Positions 29,411-41,923 of a DNA stretch of 64,000 nucleotides are shown one piece after another. This DNA comes from a bacterium. Lineage in GTDB: Bacteria > Electryoneota > Electryoneia > Electryoneales > Electryoneaceae. The stretch covers positions 1,792,001-1,856,000 of the forward strand of contig OY769902.1 of assembly GCA_963669175.1 (NCBI GenBank), in the 5' to 3' direction. Positions within the stretch are counted from its first letter, which is position 1; each line of letters starts with the position of its first letter. The position numbers were made by a program, and so were the translations under genes. The notes under the pieces were generated by a model. The model saw only the letters and a program-made list of their open reading frames with translations, did not search any database and had not been told where the DNA came from.

Positions 29411-32400
29411 GTGCTGGCATCAACCCGTTCTCAAGACAACGAGATCAAGCAGTTCAACCAGATTTCGATCAACCTGGCCAGCCCGGAGATGGTCCTGGCG
29501 CGTAGTTATGGCGAGGTGACGAAACCCGAAACGATTAACTATCGTAGTTACAAACCGGAGAAAGATGGACTTTTCTCCGAGAAGATTTTCGGGCCGACGA
29601 AGGACTGGGAGTGTCACTGCGGAAAGTACCGGGGGATCCGGTATAAAGGGATTATCTGCGACCGATGCGGCGTGGAAGTGACCCGAAAAGACGTCCGCCG
29701 TAAGCGGATGGGTCACATCAAGCTGGCTGTGCCGGTTGTTCATATCTGGTTCTTCAAGTCCATGCCTTCCAAGATCGGGTATCTGCTTGGCATGGCGGTA
29801 CGAGAACTGGAACGGGTGATTTACTACGAAAATTACGTAGTCATCCAGCCCGGTAATTCAGGTCTCAAAGAAATGGACCTGATTACGGAAACCGAGTATC
29901 TCGACCTGATGGCCGAGCATGGACCGACCAACGCCCAGCTTCCGGAAGACAGTCCGGAACGCTTTGTTGCGAAAACGGGCGGTCTGGCCGTGCGTGATCT
30001 GCTCCGCCGGATTGACGTCGAGACGCTGTCGCACGAGCTTCGTCGCCAGGTACGCGATGAAACCAGCGTGCAGCGCAAGCAGGATGCGATCAAGCGCCTG
30101 CGTGTTGTGGAAGCATTCCGCGACACCATGGACAAGGATTCGACACGTCCGGAATGGATGGTGCTGAGTGTAGTGCCGGTTATTCCGCCGGATCTCCGTC
30201 CGTTGGTTCCGCTTGAAGGTGGACGGTTTGCAACCAGCGACCTGAACGACCTGTACCGCCGTGTGATCATTCGTAACAATCGTTTGAAGCGACTGATGGA
30301 GATTAAAGCTCCGGAAGTCATCCTCCGTAACGAAAAGCGAATGCTGCAGGAAGCAGTCGACAGTCTCTATGATAACGGCCGCAAGTCAGTGGCTGTTCGC
30401 AGCGACGGCAACCGTCCGCTGAAGAGTTTGTCCGACAACCTGAAGGGCAAGCAGGGTCGTTTCCGTCAGAACCTGCTCGGTAAGCGTGTTGACTATTCCG
30501 GCCGTTCTGTAATTACCGTCGGTCCACACCTGCATTTGCACGAGTGCGGTCTGCCGAAGGATATGGCCATTGAGCTGTACAAGCCGTTCATCATCCGCAA
30601 GCTGATTGAGCAGGAATACGCGAAGACAGTCAAGTCTGCCAAGCGTATGGTAGAGCGTCGCGATGAGGTTGTCTGGGGCATTCTCGAAGAGATCATCGAG
30701 AACCACCCGGTCATGCTCAACCGTGCACCGACCCTTCACCGGCTCGGTATCCAGGCTTTCCAGCCATTGTTGATTGAAGGCAAGGCGATTCAGCTTCATC
30801 CGCTGGTCTGTTCTGCGTTCAACGCCGACTTCGACGGTGACCAGATGGCGGTACACGTGCCCCTCTCCTTCGAAGCGCAGTTGGAAGCGCGTCTTCTGAT
30901 GCTGGCAGCGCAGAACATTCTGCATCCGGCGAATGGACGTCCGATTACCGTTCCCTCGCAGGACATGGTTCTTGGTTGTTATTACCTGACCAAGATTCAG
31001 CCCGGCGCAAAGGGCGAGGGGATGTTCTTCTCGAGCACGGATGAAGTGATTGTCGCGCTGAACCATAACAAGGCGACCATCCACGCCCTGATCTATGTCC
31101 GGATCAAGGACAAATATATCCAGACTACCCCGGGACGTGTTCTGTTCAACCAGATTATTCCTGAGAAGGTCAGTAAGGAAATCTACTACAACGAAGAACT
31201 GGCAAAGAAGCGTCTTGGCGAAATCATCGCTGACTGCCATCGTCGTGTAGGTAATGCTGAAACCGCAGATTTCCTGGACAAGCTGAAGAAGCTCGGGTTT
31301 ACCCAGTCCACACGTGGTGGTCTGTCGGTAGGTTTGTCGGACGTGAACATCCCGGAAGAAAAACAGGGATTGGTCAAGACAGCCCAGGAAGAAGTCGATG
31401 AGATCCAGTCGCAGTACGAAATGGGTATCATCACTGACGGTGAACGCTACAACAAGATTATCGATATCTGGACGCATACAACTTCTGATGTTGCGGAAGT
31501 GATGTTCCGCCACATGCGGAAGGACCGTAACGGATTCAACCCCATCTTCATGATGGCGGACTCCGGCGCCCGTGGTTCAAAAGACCAGATTCGCCAGCTT
31601 GCCGGTATGCGTGGTCTGATGGCCAAGCCTCAGAAAACCATGACCGGGCAAAAGGGTGAAATTATTGAATCGCCGATTGTCGCGAACTTTAAAGAAGGCT
31701 TGTCGGTGTTGGAATACTTTATTTCAACACACGGCGCCCGAAAAGGTTTGGCGGACACGGCCCTCAAGACTGCGGACGCAGGTTACCTGACCCGTCGTCT
31801 GGTGGACGTTGCGCAGGATGTTATCGTTATCGAAGATGACTGCGGCACGATTCGTGGTATCGAAGTGCAGGCTCAGAAGGAAGGTGAAGAAGTCCATGAG
31901 CAGCTCTTCGAACGCATCCTTGGTCGTGTAACCGCTGAAGACGTCATTCACCCGGAAACCGGTGAACTCGTACTCGGCCGTAACGTCCTGATCGGCCATG
32001 AAGAAGCCGACCTGATAGCGACCAGTGGTATTGATAAGGTCCGTATCCGTTCGGTACTGACCTGTGAAACAGACGGTGGCGTCTGTTCCAAGTGCTACGG
32101 CATCAACCTGACCAACGGTCAGACCGTTGATCACGGTGAAGCGGTTGGTGTTATCGCTGCCCAGTCCATTGGTGAACCGGGTACACAGCTTACCCTGCGT
32201 ACCTTCCATATCGGTGGTACTGCTGCGCGTATCGCTGCGGACTCACAGGTTACTGCTCGAAATGAAGGTACTGTGCATTTTGAAAACATGCACATGATTG
32301 AGCAGGACGTCGATCCAAACGAGTTCGATCCGGATGTCGTAGACGGGAAGAAGTTTATCACCATTCGTCGTAATGGTGTTGTGAAGGTTTTCGACGATAA

Positions 32401-33919
32401 AAACCGTGTTATTGCACGGTATACAGTGCCTTACGGCGCTACAGTCTTGTGCCGTGACGGCATGAAAGTGGAAGCGGGCAAGGTTCTGTTCAAGTGGGAT
32501 GCTTACTCGATGTCCATTATCGCCACCCAATCGGGTAAGGTGCGGTATCACGACATCAAGACCAATGTCACCATGCGTGAAGAGGTGGACGATTACACCG
32601 GTAAGAAGACGCAGGTGATTATTGAAGCTCCCGGTCAGCGTAAGCTGAACCCGACGATTTTCCTGATGGATATCGACGGGAACAAGGCTGGCCAGTATGT
32701 CCTGCCGACAGGCAGTTACCTGGATGTTGAGGACGGTGAAGAAGTCAAGGCCGGTCAGGCCCTGGTGAAGATCCCGCGTGAAAGCCACAAGACGAAGGAC
32801 ATTACCGGTGGTCTTCCGCGAGTTGCTGAGCTGTTCGAAGCTCGCCGTCCGAAAGATCCGGCAGTCATCACGGAAGTCGATGGTACGGTCCGCTTCGGCA
32901 AGATGAAGCGTGGTTATCGTGAGATAGCCATCGTCACTCCGGACGATAAAGAATTTACTTACCAGATTCCTTATGGTAAGCATATTCTCGTCCATGAGGG
33001 TGAGTTTGTAACTGCCGGTGAACGTCTCTGCGAAGGTTCTGTGGCGCCTCAGGATATTCTGAGTGTACTCGGACCTGCGCGAGTCCAGGAATACCTGGTA
33101 AACGAAATCCAGGCAGTGTACCGTCTGCAAGGTGTGCGTATCGCTGATAAGCATATCGAGGTGATTGTACGCCAGATGATGCAGCGTGTACGAATTGAGG
33201 ATCCGGGCGATACCCGCTTCCTCGAAGGCGACCAGGTTGACTTGCACCGTCTGAACCGCACCAACCGGGAAATCGCCGGTAAGGTCGTTGTTGAGACTGT
33301 GGGCGACAGCCGTTTCCGTGAAGATCAGATTGTTGACCGTGCAGAGTTCCTCCGTGAAGAACGCCGGTTGAAGAAACTGGATCTCCAGGTTCCGGTCGGG
33401 CGTCCGGCAAAGCCGGCGCTTTACCTGCCGCTGTTGCTTGGTATTACCCAGGCCAGTTTGTCGACAGAATCGTTCTTCTCCGCTGCATCGTTCCAGGAAA
33501 CCACACGTGTCCTGACCGAGGCGGCGATTGAACGAAAGACAGATGAATTACGTGGTCTCAAGGAAAACGTGATCATCGGTCACCTGATTCCTGCTGGTAC
33601 AGGTTTGCGCAAGTACCAGAACATCGATGTCATCAATGAAGAGGAAGAAGAGTACAAGCGTCAGGCGGCGAAAGAAGCTGAATTGCTTCGTTTGCAGCAT
33701 GAGCGTGCGCGCTTCGAAGCTGAAGAGCGTGGCGACTTCTACCTGGATGACGATTCGGAAGATGGTGAGTATTGGGAAGTTAACGGTCCCGCTCCAGAAC
33801 CCCCGATCTTTGATGCACCGGCCTCAATGGGCGACATCAAGACGGTGGATATGTTGAAGCATGATCTGGAAGACGACGAGGACGATGACGAGTCTCTTGC
33901 AGAGGAAGACTCGGAATAG
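29411..33919 (+). CDS. rpoC: RNA polymerase beta' subunit with a long acidic C-terminal tail
   Basis: Zinc finger [26 protein letters not shown]; GGAGG SD before GTG 29411. Confidence 0.99.
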   Translation: MLASTRSQDNEIKQFNQISINLASPEMVLARSYGEVTKPETINYRSYKPEKDGLFSEKIFGPTKDWECHCGKYRGIRYKGIICDRCGVEVTRKDVRRKRMGHIKLAVPVVHIWFFKSMPSKIGYLLGMAVRELERVIYYENYVVIQPGNSGLKEMDLITETEYLDLMAEHGPTNAQLPEDSPERFVAKTGGLAVRDLLRRIDVETLSHELRRQVRDETSVQRKQDAIKRLRVVEAFRDTMDKDSTRPEWMVLSVVPVIPPDLRPLVPLEGGRFATSDLNDLYRRVIIRNNRLKRLMEIKAPEVILRNEKRMLQEAVDSLYDNGRKSVAVRSDGNRPLKSLSDNLKGKQGRFRQNLLGKRVDYSGRSVITVGPHLHLHECGLPKDMAIELYKPFIIRKLIEQEYAKTVKSAKRMVERRDEVVWGILEEIIENHPVMLNRAPTLHRLGIQAFQPLLIEGKAIQLHPLVCSAFNADFDGDQMAVHVPLSFEAQLEARLLMLAAQNILHPANGRPITVPSQDMVLGCYYLTKIQPGAKGEGMFFSSTDEVIVALNHNKATIHALIYVRIKDKYIQTTPGRVLFNQIIPEKVSKEIYYNEELAKKRLGEIIADCHRRVGNAETADFLDKLKKLGFTQSTRGGLSVGLSDVNIPEEKQGLVKTAQEEVDEIQSQYEMGIITDGERYNKIIDIWTHTTSDVAEVMFRHMRKDRNGFNPIFMMADSGARGSKDQIRQLAGMRGLMAKPQKTMTGQKGEIIESPIVANFKEGLSVLEYFISTHGARKGLADTALKTADAGYLTRRLVDVAQDVIVIEDDCGTIRGIEVQAQKEGEEVHEQLFERILGRVTAEDVIHPETGELVLGRNVLIGHEEADLIATSGIDKVRIRSVLTCETDGGVCSKCYGINLTNGQTVDHGEAVGVIAAQSIGEPGTQLTLRTFHIGGTAARIAADSQVTARNEGTVHFENMHMIEQDVDPNEFDPDVVDGKKFITIRRNGVVKVFDDKNRVIARYTVPYGATVLCRDGMKVEAGKVLFKWDAYSMSIIATQSGKVRYHDIKTNVTMREEVDDYTGKKTQVIIEAPGQRKLNPTIFLMDIDGNKAGQYVLPTGSYLDVEDGEEVKAGQALVKIPRESHKTKDITGGLPRVAELFEARRPKDPAVITEVDGTVRFGKMKRGYREIAIVTPDDKEFTYQIPYGKHILVHEGEFVTAGERLCEGSVAPQDILSVLGPARVQEYLVNEIQAVYRLQGVRIADKHIEVIVRQMMQRVRIEDPGDTRFLEGDQVDLHRLNRTNREIAGKVVVETVGDSRFREDQIVDRAEFLREERRLKKLDLQVPVGRPAKPALYLPLLLGITQASLSTESFFSAASFQETTRVLTEAAIERKTDELRGLKENVIIGHLIPAGTGLRKYQNIDVINEEEEEYKRQAAKEAELLRLQHERARFEAEERGDFYLDDDSEDGEYWEVNGPAPEPPIFDAPASMGDIKTVDMLKHDLEDDEDDDESLAEEDSE

Positions 33920-33922
33920 GGC

Positions 33923-33952
33923 TTGACATCCGGGGGTCACCTTCCATATAAT
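33923..33952 (+). promoter_or_regulatory. Consensus sigma70 promoter of the str operon
   Basis: TTGACA-18 nt-TATAAT. Confidence 0.85.
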
Positions 33953-33958
33953 CGGTGA

Positions 33959-34160
33959 TCTAAACGAGATGGAAGCCGGGGTGTGACGATCGTTTGGTAA
34001 CACTGTCTCCAACCGACGATCGATTCGCGAGCTCGGCATTGAAGTTTGAAAGGGAGACAACCCGGCGAAGGACGCCAAAGTGCGTCTTTCGCTTCGTTTT
34101 GCCCTTTTTGAGAAATGTCTTAGTTCTCTAAGAACAGAGAGTTGAGATGGGAAAAGGGCG
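33959..34160 (+). ncRNA. Candidate structured leader/small RNA upstream of rpsL
   Basis: Several complementary segments plus a terminator-like hairpin at 34065-34100 (see findings); no family recognised. Confidence 0.45.
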
Positions 34161-34274
34161 GAAAGAAAGTAGAACGGGCGTAGAAGTCAGTCAGGATTTT
34201 GGAATTCGCGCTTGTTTCTGGTAACTCGTTGTTAAAGAGATAGATAGCGATACAAGCTTGATGTAGGAGCGGCT

Positions 34275-34649
34275 ATGCCGACGGTCAATCAGTTGGTGAG
34301 GCAAGGGCGGAAGGCGCAGATCAAAAAGACAAGCGCGCCAGCATTGCAAAATTGTCCGCAGAGGCGCGGCGTCTGCACCCGTGTGTACACCACGACCCCG
34401 AAGAAGCCGAATTCGGCGTTGCGTAAGGTGGCTCGTGTCCGTTTGACCAACGGCATCGAAGTGACCGCGTATATCCCCGGCGAGGGGCACAACCTGCAAG
34501 AGCACTCAATTGTGCTGATTCGTGGTGGTCGTGTCAAGGATCTTCCGGGTGTACGGTACCACATCATTCGTGGCACTCTGGATGCTTCCGGAGTGGACGA
34601 TCGTAATTGCGGACGTAGCAAGTACGGCGCAAAGCGGAAGAAGAAATAA
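34275..34649 (+). CDS. rpsL: 30S ribosomal protein S12
   Basis: [19 protein letters not shown]. Confidence 0.99.
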   Translation: MPTVNQLVRQGRKAQIKKTSAPALQNCPQRRGVCTRVYTTTPKKPNSALRKVARVRLTNGIEVTAYIPGEGHNLQEHSIVLIRGGRVKDLPGVRYHIIRGTLDASGVDDRNCGRSKYGAKRKKK

Positions 34650-34702
34650 CAGGGCCGGCAGGCTTCGCGAGCAACAAGAACCCGGTGACGGGGGAGTAGG
34701 AT

Positions 34703-35173
34703 ATGTCCAGGCGTAAACGTGCGGATAAAAGGGAAATTCTTCCCGACCCAAAATTTGGGACAATGGATGTTGCCAAGTTCGTCAACAACTTGATGGAACG
34801 TGGTAAGAAATCCGTAGCAGAAAGCATCTTTTACGATGCCATCGACATTATCGATACCAAGACCAGCGGTAGTGGTTTGGAAACATTCCGGCAGGCGATG
34901 AAGAACGCGCGTCCGCAATTGGAAGTGAAGAGCCGTCGTGTTGGTGGTAGTACTTATCAGGTGCCGGTCGAAGTTCGTGCTGATCGTGCCCAAGCGTTAG
35001 CTACCCGTTGGATTCTGCAGTATGCCAAAGCTCGTTCCGGCATGAACATGGCCGACAAGCTCGCAGCAGAATTCATGGCGGCAGCCAAGGGCGAAGGCTC
35101 AACGATCAAGAAAAAAGACGATACACATAAAATGGCAGATGCCAACAAAGCATTTGCGCATTTCCGGTGGTAA
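34703..35173 (+). CDS. rpsG: 30S ribosomal protein S7
   Basis: GKKSVAE, SRRVGGSTYQVP, ANKAFAHFRW. Confidence 0.99.
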   Translation: MSRRKRADKREILPDPKFGTMDVAKFVNNLMERGKKSVAESIFYDAIDIIDTKTSGSGLETFRQAMKNARPQLEVKSRRVGGSTYQVPVEVRADRAQALATRWILQYAKARSGMNMADKLAAEFMAAAKGEGSTIKKKDDTHKMADANKAFAHFRW

Positions 35174-35222
35174 ACCGGGTATTCGCTCTGTGACAAGCGG
35201 AATTCCATGGATTTGGTGAAGT

Positions 35223-37349
35223 ATGGCCCAGGCAAAAGCAAAGAAGAACGGGAAAAACGGCGGCAGTGAAGGTCGTATCTGGCCGATGGAGCGCATCCGA
35301 AACTTCGGAATCATGGCTCACATCGACGCAGGCAAGACAACCACTACCGAACGGATCCTGTACTACACGGGCCGAATTCACCGCATGGGTGAGGTGCATG
35401 AAGGCGCCGCCATGACGGACTGGATGGACCAGGAAAAAGAACGTGGGATCACGATCACTTCCGCGTCCATTACAACCGAATGGAACGATACACGCCTGTG
35501 CCTTATCGACACTCCCGGGCATGTTGATTTTACTGCTGAAGTAGAACGCAGCCTCCGGGTGCTCGATGGCGCTGTAGCGTTGTTCTGTGCGGTTGGTGGT
35601 GTTGAACCACAGTCTGAAACAGTATGGCGTCAGGCCGACAAGTACAAAGTCCCCCGTATCGCATACATCAACAAGATGGATCGGGTGGGCGCAGATTTTT
35701 ACCGCGCCGTTGACATGATTGCCGACCGTTTTGGCACCACACCCATCCCGGTTCAGATCCCCATGGGGCAAGGCGAACTCTTTAATGGTCTTATCGACCT
35801 GGTTCGCATGAAGGCTGTCTGGTACAGCGAAGAATCTCAGGGACTGAAGTGGGAAGAGGGAGAAATCCCGAACGATCTCATCGAGCAGGCAAAGCTCTAT
35901 CGTGAGAAGATGCTTGAAGCCATCAGCGATTATGATGATGAACTGATGGAGCTGTTCCTTGAAGATCAGGAAGTACCGGAAGCGCAGTTGCGTGCGGCGT
36001 TGCGTAAAGCAACCCTCGATAACCAGATCGTTCCTGTACTTTGCGGATCCAGTTACAAGAACAAGGGTGTACAGCGGTTGCTGGATGCAATCGTTTTTTA
36101 CCTGCCCAGTCCTGCGGATGTTGGCCCTGTAACGGGGGTTCACCCGCATACGGAAAAAGAAGTTGTCCGCCATCAGCGTGACGATGAACCTTTCTGCGGG
36201 CTGGCATTCAAGATTGTAACTGATCCTTATGTTGGAAGGTTGACATACACGCGAGTGTATTCTGGTGTTCTCCATGAAGGACAGATGGTAATGAATTCCC
36301 GTACTGGGAAGAAGTTGCGTATCAGCCGGATTCTGGAGATGTTCGCCAATAAGCGTGAAGAACGCAAGCAGGTGCATGCTGGTGGGATCGTAGCGCTGGT
36401 CGGTCTGAAGCAGACAGCAACCGGCGATACGCTTTCCGAGTTGAACGATCAGATTGTACTGGAATCGTTGACATTCCCGAAACCGGTTATCACACGCGCT
36501 ATCGAGCCGAAAAGCAAGGCGGATGAAGAACATCTTCTCGACAGTCTGTATAAGTTAGCGGAAGAAGATCCGACTTTTACAGTCAAGTATGATGAAGAAT
36601 CGGGGCAGACCCATATCAGTGGCATGGGTGAGCTTCACCTGGAAATTCTTCTGGACCGTCTGTTCCGTGAATTTGAAGTTCAGGCCAATGTTGGGCAACC
36701 ACGTGTGGCTTATAAAGAAGGCGTGAGAAAGACTGCAAAGGGTGTTGGCAGGTTTGTGCGTCAATCCGGTGGGCGCGGTCAGTATGGTCACGCTGTGATT
36801 GAGGTCGAGCCTACAGATCAGGGCTCAGGTTTCGAGTTCGTTGACAAGGTAGTCGGTGGAAGTATCCCAAGAGATTATATCTCTTCGGTGAAGCAGGGTG
36901 TTCAGGATGCGTTAGGTTCAGGACCGCTGTTGGGCTTCCCGATTGACGATGTACGTGTCACTCTCGTGGATGGTAGTTATCACGATGTAGACTCCAGTGA
37001 AATTGCGTTCCGTGTTGCCGGTTCGATGGCATTCAAGGATGCAGTTGATCATGCCGGCGCATATCTGGCCGAGCCGATCATGGCGCTGGAGATTATCAGC
37101 CCGGAAGAGTATGTGGGCGATGTGATGAACGATTTGAATAGCCGGCGGGCGAAAATTCAGGGGATTACCCCGCGAAGCGACGCTCAGGTAGTTAAAGCGG
37201 AAGTGCCGCTTGCCAGCATGTTTGGATATGCGACCGAATTACGGTCGATGACTCAGGGCAGAGCATTGTTCACCATGGAATTCCACCATTATGAGCGACT
37301 GCCTGAGCAGGAGCAGGAAAAAGTAGTCAAAAAGATACGAGGCTATTAA
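35223..37349 (+). CDS. fusA: Elongation factor G
   Basis: [43 protein letters not shown]. Confidence 0.99.
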   Translation: MAQAKAKKNGKNGGSEGRIWPMERIRNFGIMAHIDAGKTTTTERILYYTGRIHRMGEVHEGAAMTDWMDQEKERGITITSASITTEWNDTRLCLIDTPGHVDFTAEVERSLRVLDGAVALFCAVGGVEPQSETVWRQADKYKVPRIAYINKMDRVGADFYRAVDMIADRFGTTPIPVQIPMGQGELFNGLIDLVRMKAVWYSEESQGLKWEEGEIPNDLIEQAKLYREKMLEAISDYDDELMELFLEDQEVPEAQLRAALRKATLDNQIVPVLCGSSYKNKGVQRLLDAIVFYLPSPADVGPVTGVHPHTEKEVVRHQRDDEPFCGLAFKIVTDPYVGRLTYTRVYSGVLHEGQMVMNSRTGKKLRISRILEMFANKREERKQVHAGGIVALVGLKQTATGDTLSELNDQIVLESLTFPKPVITRAIEPKSKADEEHLLDSLYKLAEEDPTFTVKYDEESGQTHISGMGELHLEILLDRLFREFEVQANVGQPRVAYKEGVRKTAKGVGRFVRQSGGRGQYGHAVIEVEPTDQGSGFEFVDKVVGGSIPRDYISSVKQGVQDALGSGPLLGFPIDDVRVTLVDGSYHDVDSSEIAFRVAGSMAFKDAVDHAGAYLAEPIMALEIISPEEYVGDVMNDLNSRRAKIQGITPRSDAQVVKAEVPLASMFGYATELRSMTQGRALFTMEFHHYERLPEQEQEKVVKKIRGY

Positions 37350-37359
37350 GGAGTCAGCC

Positions 37360-38553
37360 ATGGCGAAGGCGAAGTTTGAGCGCACGAAGCCGCATGTGAA
37401 CATCGGCACGATTGGTCACGTGGACCACGGTAAGACGACGTTGACAGCGGCGATCACATTGGTATTGTCGAAGAAGAACCAGGGCGTAGCCTTCCGTTCC
37501 TTCGATTCGATTGATAACGCGCCGGAAGAACGTGAACGTGGTATTACAATTGCGACAGCCCACGTGGAATATGAGACGGATAACCGTCACTATGCCCATG
37601 TAGACTGTCCGGGTCACGCGGACTATGTGAAGAACATGATCACTGGTGCAGCGCAGATGGACGGTTCCATCGTGGTAGTGTCGGCTGCTGACGGCCCGAT
37701 GCCGCAGACCCGTGAGCACATTCTTCTCGCCCGCCAGGTGAACGTGCCTGCTTTGGTCGTATTCATGAACAAGGTGGATATGGTCGATGACGAGGAACTT
37801 CTTGACCTGGTCGAGTTGGAAATGCGCGACCTGTTGAACGAATATGAGTTCCCGGGCGACGATCTTCCGATCATCCGTGGCAGCGCCCTTGAAGCGTTGA
37901 ACAATCCCGATGATCCCGAAAAGACGAAGTGCATCTTTGAGTTGATGGAAGCAGTTGACGGTTACGTGCCGGAACCGGAACGTGCTGTAGACCAGGCCTT
38001 CCTGATGCCTGTAGAAGACGTCTTTTCGATCACAGGCCGTGGCACCGTGGCAACCGGTCGTATCGAGCGCGGCGTAGTCAAGACCGGTGAAGAGGTTGAG
38101 CTTGTAGGTCTTGGTGTGAACCGTAAGACGGTTGTGACCGGTGTAGAGATGTTCCGCAAGATCCTTGATCAGGGCCAGGCTGGTGACAACGCGGGTCTTC
38201 TGCTTCGTGGCGTCGACAAGAACGAGATCGAGCGCGGTATGGTCCTGGCGAAGCCGGGCAGTGTGAAGCCGCACACGAAGTTCGAAGCTGAAGTATACGT
38301 ACTGGGCAAGGACGAAGGTGGACGTCATACACCGTTCTTCGGTGGCTATCGTCCGCAGTTCTTCTTCCGTACGACAGACGTGACCGGTGAGATTCAGTTG
38401 CCCGAAGGCGTAGAGATGGTAATGCCTGGTGACAACGTGAAGATGACTGTCGAACTGATCGCGCCGATCGCGATGGAAGAGACGCTTCGTTTCGCCATCC
38501 GTGAAGGCGGCCGTACAGTCGGCGCCGGCGTTGTCGGTAAGATTCTCGAGTAA
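37360..38553 (+). CDS. tuf: Elongation factor Tu (copy 2)
   Basis: Protein identical to copy 1. Confidence 0.99.
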   Translation: MAKAKFERTKPHVNIGTIGHVDHGKTTLTAAITLVLSKKNQGVAFRSFDSIDNAPEERERGITIATAHVEYETDNRHYAHVDCPGHADYVKNMITGAAQMDGSIVVVSAADGPMPQTREHILLARQVNVPALVVFMNKVDMVDDEELLDLVELEMRDLLNEYEFPGDDLPIIRGSALEALNNPDDPEKTKCIFELMEAVDGYVPEPERAVDQAFLMPVEDVFSITGRGTVATGRIERGVVKTGEEVELVGLGVNRKTVVTGVEMFRKILDQGQAGDNAGLLLRGVDKNEIERGMVLAKPGSVKPHTKFEAEVYVLGKDEGGRHTPFFGGYRPQFFFRTTDVTGEIQLPEGVEMVMPGDNVKMTVELIAPIAMEETLRFAIREGGRTVGAGVVGKILE

Positions 38554-38667
38554 GTAAAAGAATTTCGTCTGGTGCCGGTTGGCGCCAGGGCGAGTTGATG
38601 ATAGTAAACATCCCGAGCAACCTGTCCGGGTTGCAAAGGGAACCCGAACGATTCGGGGGAGGTTTTC

Positions 38668-38976
38668 GTGGCCGGACAGAATATCCGGATACGCTTGAAA
38701 GCGTACGACCACAACCTGATCGACAAGTCCACGCAGAAGATTATTCAGACTGCACGGTCGACAGGGGCGGTAGTTTCGGGACCGATCCCGCTTCCAACGA
38801 AGCGGTCAGTGTGGACCGTGTTGCGCGGCCCCCACGTTGATAAAAAGTCTCGTGAACAGTTCGAAACACGGATTCACAAGCGGCTGATCGACATTTTAAA
38901 TTCGACGCCGAAGACGATTGATTCTTTGATGAAGCTCGAACTGCCCGCAGGTGTGGACATTGAGATCAAGACCTGA
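38668..38976 (+). CDS. rpsJ: 30S ribosomal protein S10
   Basis: [24 protein letters not shown]. Confidence 0.99.
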   Translation: MAGQNIRIRLKAYDHNLIDKSTQKIIQTARSTGAVVSGPIPLPTKRSVWTVLRGPHVDKKSREQFETRIHKRLIDILNSTPKTIDSLMKLELPAGVDIEIKT

Positions 38977-39117
38977 TCGGTAGCGACCAGGCGGCAGGTA
39001 GGACGGCACCGACCGTCCGATTCAAAGGTAGCGCCAGGGTGTAATTGACTGCGGGAGAATTCCCGTGGCGGCACGATATGGTTATACCTGTACAGTGTAA
39101 GTGAGAAGGTAAGAGCC

Positions 39118-39744
39118 ATGGCAGCAGGAATTTTAGGACGCAAGATCGGCATGACGTCCGTATACCGGGACGGGAAATCGATTCCGGTGACGGTGGTCGA
39201 AGCGGGTCCGTGTCCGGTGGTGCACGTGAAGAGCGCGGAAGGCCCTGATGGTTATAGCGCTGTGCAGCTTGGCTTTATTCCCAAGAAGGAACACAAGGTA
39301 ACGAAGCCGATGGCTGGCCATTTTGGCCGTGCCGGTGTAAAGCCGGTTCGCATCCTTCGTGAGTTCCGTGGTGAAAGCGACAAGCAGCTGGGTGACACGA
39401 TACGCGTGGAAGAGGTCTTGGCGGTCGGCGACATAATTCATGTGCGTGGGACATCAAAGGGACATGGATATTCCGGTGTAATCAGGCGGCACAATTTCCA
39501 TGGCCACAAAGCATCTCACGGTACGCATGAAAGTTTCCGTGGACCAGGATCGATTGGTGCCTGCGCCTGGCCGTCGCGAGTCTGGAAAGGCAAGCGCATG
39601 GCTGGTCAGTATGGCAACGTGACCTCCAGCACGAAGAACCTGGAAGTCATCGAGATCATCGCGGACAAGAACCTCGTTTTAGTTAAAGGTGCAGTACCCG
39701 GCTCACGCAACAGTGTTGTGGAACTGCACAAGAGGGAAAAGTAA
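39118..39744 (+). CDS. rplC: 50S ribosomal protein L3
   Basis: KIGMT, DGYSAVQ, SKGHG, KGKRMAG, KGAVPG. Confidence 0.98.
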   Translation: MAAGILGRKIGMTSVYRDGKSIPVTVVEAGPCPVVHVKSAEGPDGYSAVQLGFIPKKEHKVTKPMAGHFGRAGVKPVRILREFRGESDKQLGDTIRVEEVLAVGDIIHVRGTSKGHGYSGVIRRHNFHGHKASHGTHESFRGPGSIGACAWPSRVWKGKRMAGQYGNVTSSTKNLEVIEIIADKNLVLVKGAVPGSRNSVVELHKREK

Positions 39745-39745
39745 G

Positions 39746-40402
39746 ATGAAGTTAATGGTACACGACCACGCAGGGAATGCGACGGGCCGTGAAGTCGAAC
39801 TGAACGACTCGGTCTTTGGGATTGAGCCCCATGACCATGCGATGTACCTGGCGGTGAAAGTGCAGCTTGCACGTCAGCGTCAAGGGACACACGCTTCACG
39901 GAATCGCTCGTTGGTGCAGGGCGGCGGCCGGAAGCCATGGCGGCAGAAAGGGCGCGGCACAGCACGGGCCGGGACAATTCGTAGTCCCCTGTGGCGTCAT
40001 GGTGGAACAATCTTCGGGCCGACGCCGCATCCGTACAAGATGGAACTGCCCAAAAAGGTAAACCGGCTTGCACGTCGGAGCGCCTTGTCAGCACGGGCCC
40101 AGGAAGAAGCTATTCGCATTGTCGAAAACTTCTCCTACGACGCGCCCGCTACAAAGAAGCTTATGACAGCGCTTGATGCGTTGAAGCTGGCCGGCGAAAA
40201 GGTTCTGATCCTGACTGATGGATATTCCCCGAACGTATTGCGTTCGGCGCAGAATCTTGCCAAGTGCAGTGTTCGAGTGGGTACGGAAGCGTCGACCTAC
40301 GACTTGTTGAATCATCGGGTCCTTCTCATTGAAGAGGGCGCCCTGGCAAGCATCACGGAGGTGTTAGGTGGAACAGAGCGCGCGACTGAGGAAGCTGCTT
40401 AA
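39746..40402 (+). CDS. rplD: 50S ribosomal protein L4
   Basis: RQGTH, GGGRKPWRQKGRGTARAG, GGTIFGP. Confidence 0.98.
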   Translation: MKLMVHDHAGNATGREVELNDSVFGIEPHDHAMYLAVKVQLARQRQGTHASRNRSLVQGGGRKPWRQKGRGTARAGTIRSPLWRHGGTIFGPTPHPYKMELPKKVNRLARRSALSARAQEEAIRIVENFSYDAPATKKLMTALDALKLAGEKVLILTDGYSPNVLRSAQNLAKCSVRVGTEASTYDLLNHRVLLIEEGALASITEVLGGTERATEEAA

Positions 40403-40667
40403 GCGACCGCTGCTTTCCGAAAAAGTGGTGCGGCTTCAGGAGACGGAAAACACCTACGCATTCGAGGTGCCCCGTGCGGCGAACAAGGTGGAGATCCGCC
40501 GGGCCATCGAAGAGATCTTCGAGGTCAGCGTAAAGGATGTCCGCACCATCTCAATGCGAGGGAAAAAGAAACGAATGGGCCGTTGGGAAGGGCGTAGAGC
40601 TTCCTGGAAAAAGGCCCTCGTTACACTGACCAAGGGTCAGACCCTGGAGCTGTTTGAAAACGTGTAA
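40368..40667 (+). CDS. rplW: 50S ribosomal protein L23
   Basis: PLLSEK, ANKVEI, WKKALVTL; start uncertain. Confidence 0.95.
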   Translation: MEQSARLRKLLKRPLLSEKVVRLQETENTYAFEVPRAANKVEIRRAIEEIFEVSVKDVRTISMRGKKKRMGRWEGRRASWKKALVTLTKGQTLELFENV

Positions 40668-40756
40668 TACGGCCGGTGCGGGAGAGATGTGGTAGACTTT
40701 CCCAAGGTAGTGCAACCGGTTTAACCCTCACCACGCCACAGTGACGCGAGGGGATT

Positions 40757-41587
40757 ATGTTGAAGAAATACAACCCGGTAACACCGGGACAGCGATTCCG
40801 GACAAACCTTGACAACAGTGATTTGTCGAAGGTCGAGCCGGAGAAGAGTTTGTTGGAACCGCTGCCGCGAAATGGCGGGCGGAACAACAACGGGCGTATC
40901 ACGGCCTGGCAACGTGGCGGTGGCCACAAACGCAAGTACCGTCGTATCGATTTCAAGCGCGACAAGTATGATATTCCTGCGCATGTCAAGTCGATAGAAT
41001 ACGATCCGAATCGTAGCGCCAACATTGCTTTGCTGATCTACACGGACGGCGAAAAGCGGTATATCCTGGCCCCGAAAGGAATCCAGGAAGGCGATGTGAT
41101 TACCAGCGGACGGCAGGAAGTCGAAATCCGTGTGGGTAACGCGATGCCATTGGTGCTGATTCCGTTGGGATCAGAAATCCACAACGTCGAAATGCAGCCG
41201 GGTCGTGGCGGTCAGATGGCGCGTAGCGCCGGTGCCTCCGTACGGTTGATGGCGCGTGATGGCGGTTATGCCGTCCTGAAACTGCCGTCAGGTGAAACAC
41301 GACGTGTCCCGGAAACTTGCCTGGCAACCATCGGTGTGGTCGGTAATGAAGACCACGAGAAGGTTTCTTATGGTAAAGCGGGTAAGACACGCTGGAAGGG
41401 TCGCCGGCCGAATGTTCGCGGTGTGGTTATGAACCCGGTGGATCACCCGATGGGTGGTGGTGAAGGACGTTCGTCCGGTGGACGTCATCCTTGCACCCCG
41501 TGGGGCAAGCCCACGAAGGGTTACAAGACTCGCGGACGGAAACCGTCTGACAAGTATATCATCAAGCGTCGAAACGACAAGAAGTAA
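40757..41587 (+). CDS. rplB: 50S ribosomal protein L2
   Basis: [30 protein letters not shown]. Confidence 0.99.
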   Translation: MLKKYNPVTPGQRFRTNLDNSDLSKVEPEKSLLEPLPRNGGRNNNGRITAWQRGGGHKRKYRRIDFKRDKYDIPAHVKSIEYDPNRSANIALLIYTDGEKRYILAPKGIQEGDVITSGRQEVEIRVGNAMPLVLIPLGSEIHNVEMQPGRGGQMARSAGASVRLMARDGGYAVLKLPSGETRRVPETCLATIGVVGNEDHEKVSYGKAGKTRWKGRRPNVRGVVMNPVDHPMGGGEGRSSGGRHPCTPWGKPTKGYKTRGRKPSDKYIIKRRNDKK

Positions 41588-41605
41588 TACAGGGGCGTAG
41601 ATACC

Positions 41606-41896
41606 ATGGCCCGTTCCGTAAAAAAAGGTCCGTTTATTGATGACCACCTGCTGAAGAAGGTGCAGGATGCCCAGACGAGCGGCAGCAAGAAAGTCATCAA
41701 GACGTGGTCACGTCGTAGCACGATCAGCCCGGATTTCGTCGGGTTGACAGTAGCAGTGCATAACGGCAAGAAGCATCTGCCGGTGTATATCACCGAAAAC
41801 ATGGTGGGTCACAAGTTGGGAGAATTTTCCCCAACGCGCACATTCCGTGGTCACGCTGGCAGCAAGAAGAGCGAAAAGGCGGGTAAGGTGCGGTAA
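41606..41896 (+). CDS. rpsS: 30S ribosomal protein S19
   Basis: [20 protein letters not shown]. Confidence 0.99.
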   Translation: MARSVKKGPFIDDHLLKKVQDAQTSGSKKVIKTWSRRSTISPDFVGLTVAVHNGKKHLPVYITENMVGHKLGEFSPTRTFRGHAGSKKSEKAGKVR

Positions 41897-41923
41897 GCGC
41901 CCCCGGGATTCGGAGAAACCGAG

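Noticed and set aside
26800-34649. Rifampicin or streptomycin resistance substitutions
   Set aside because: The rpoB cluster I (SQFMDQ..H..R.S) and S12 PKKPNS/RVKDLP motifs look wild type.
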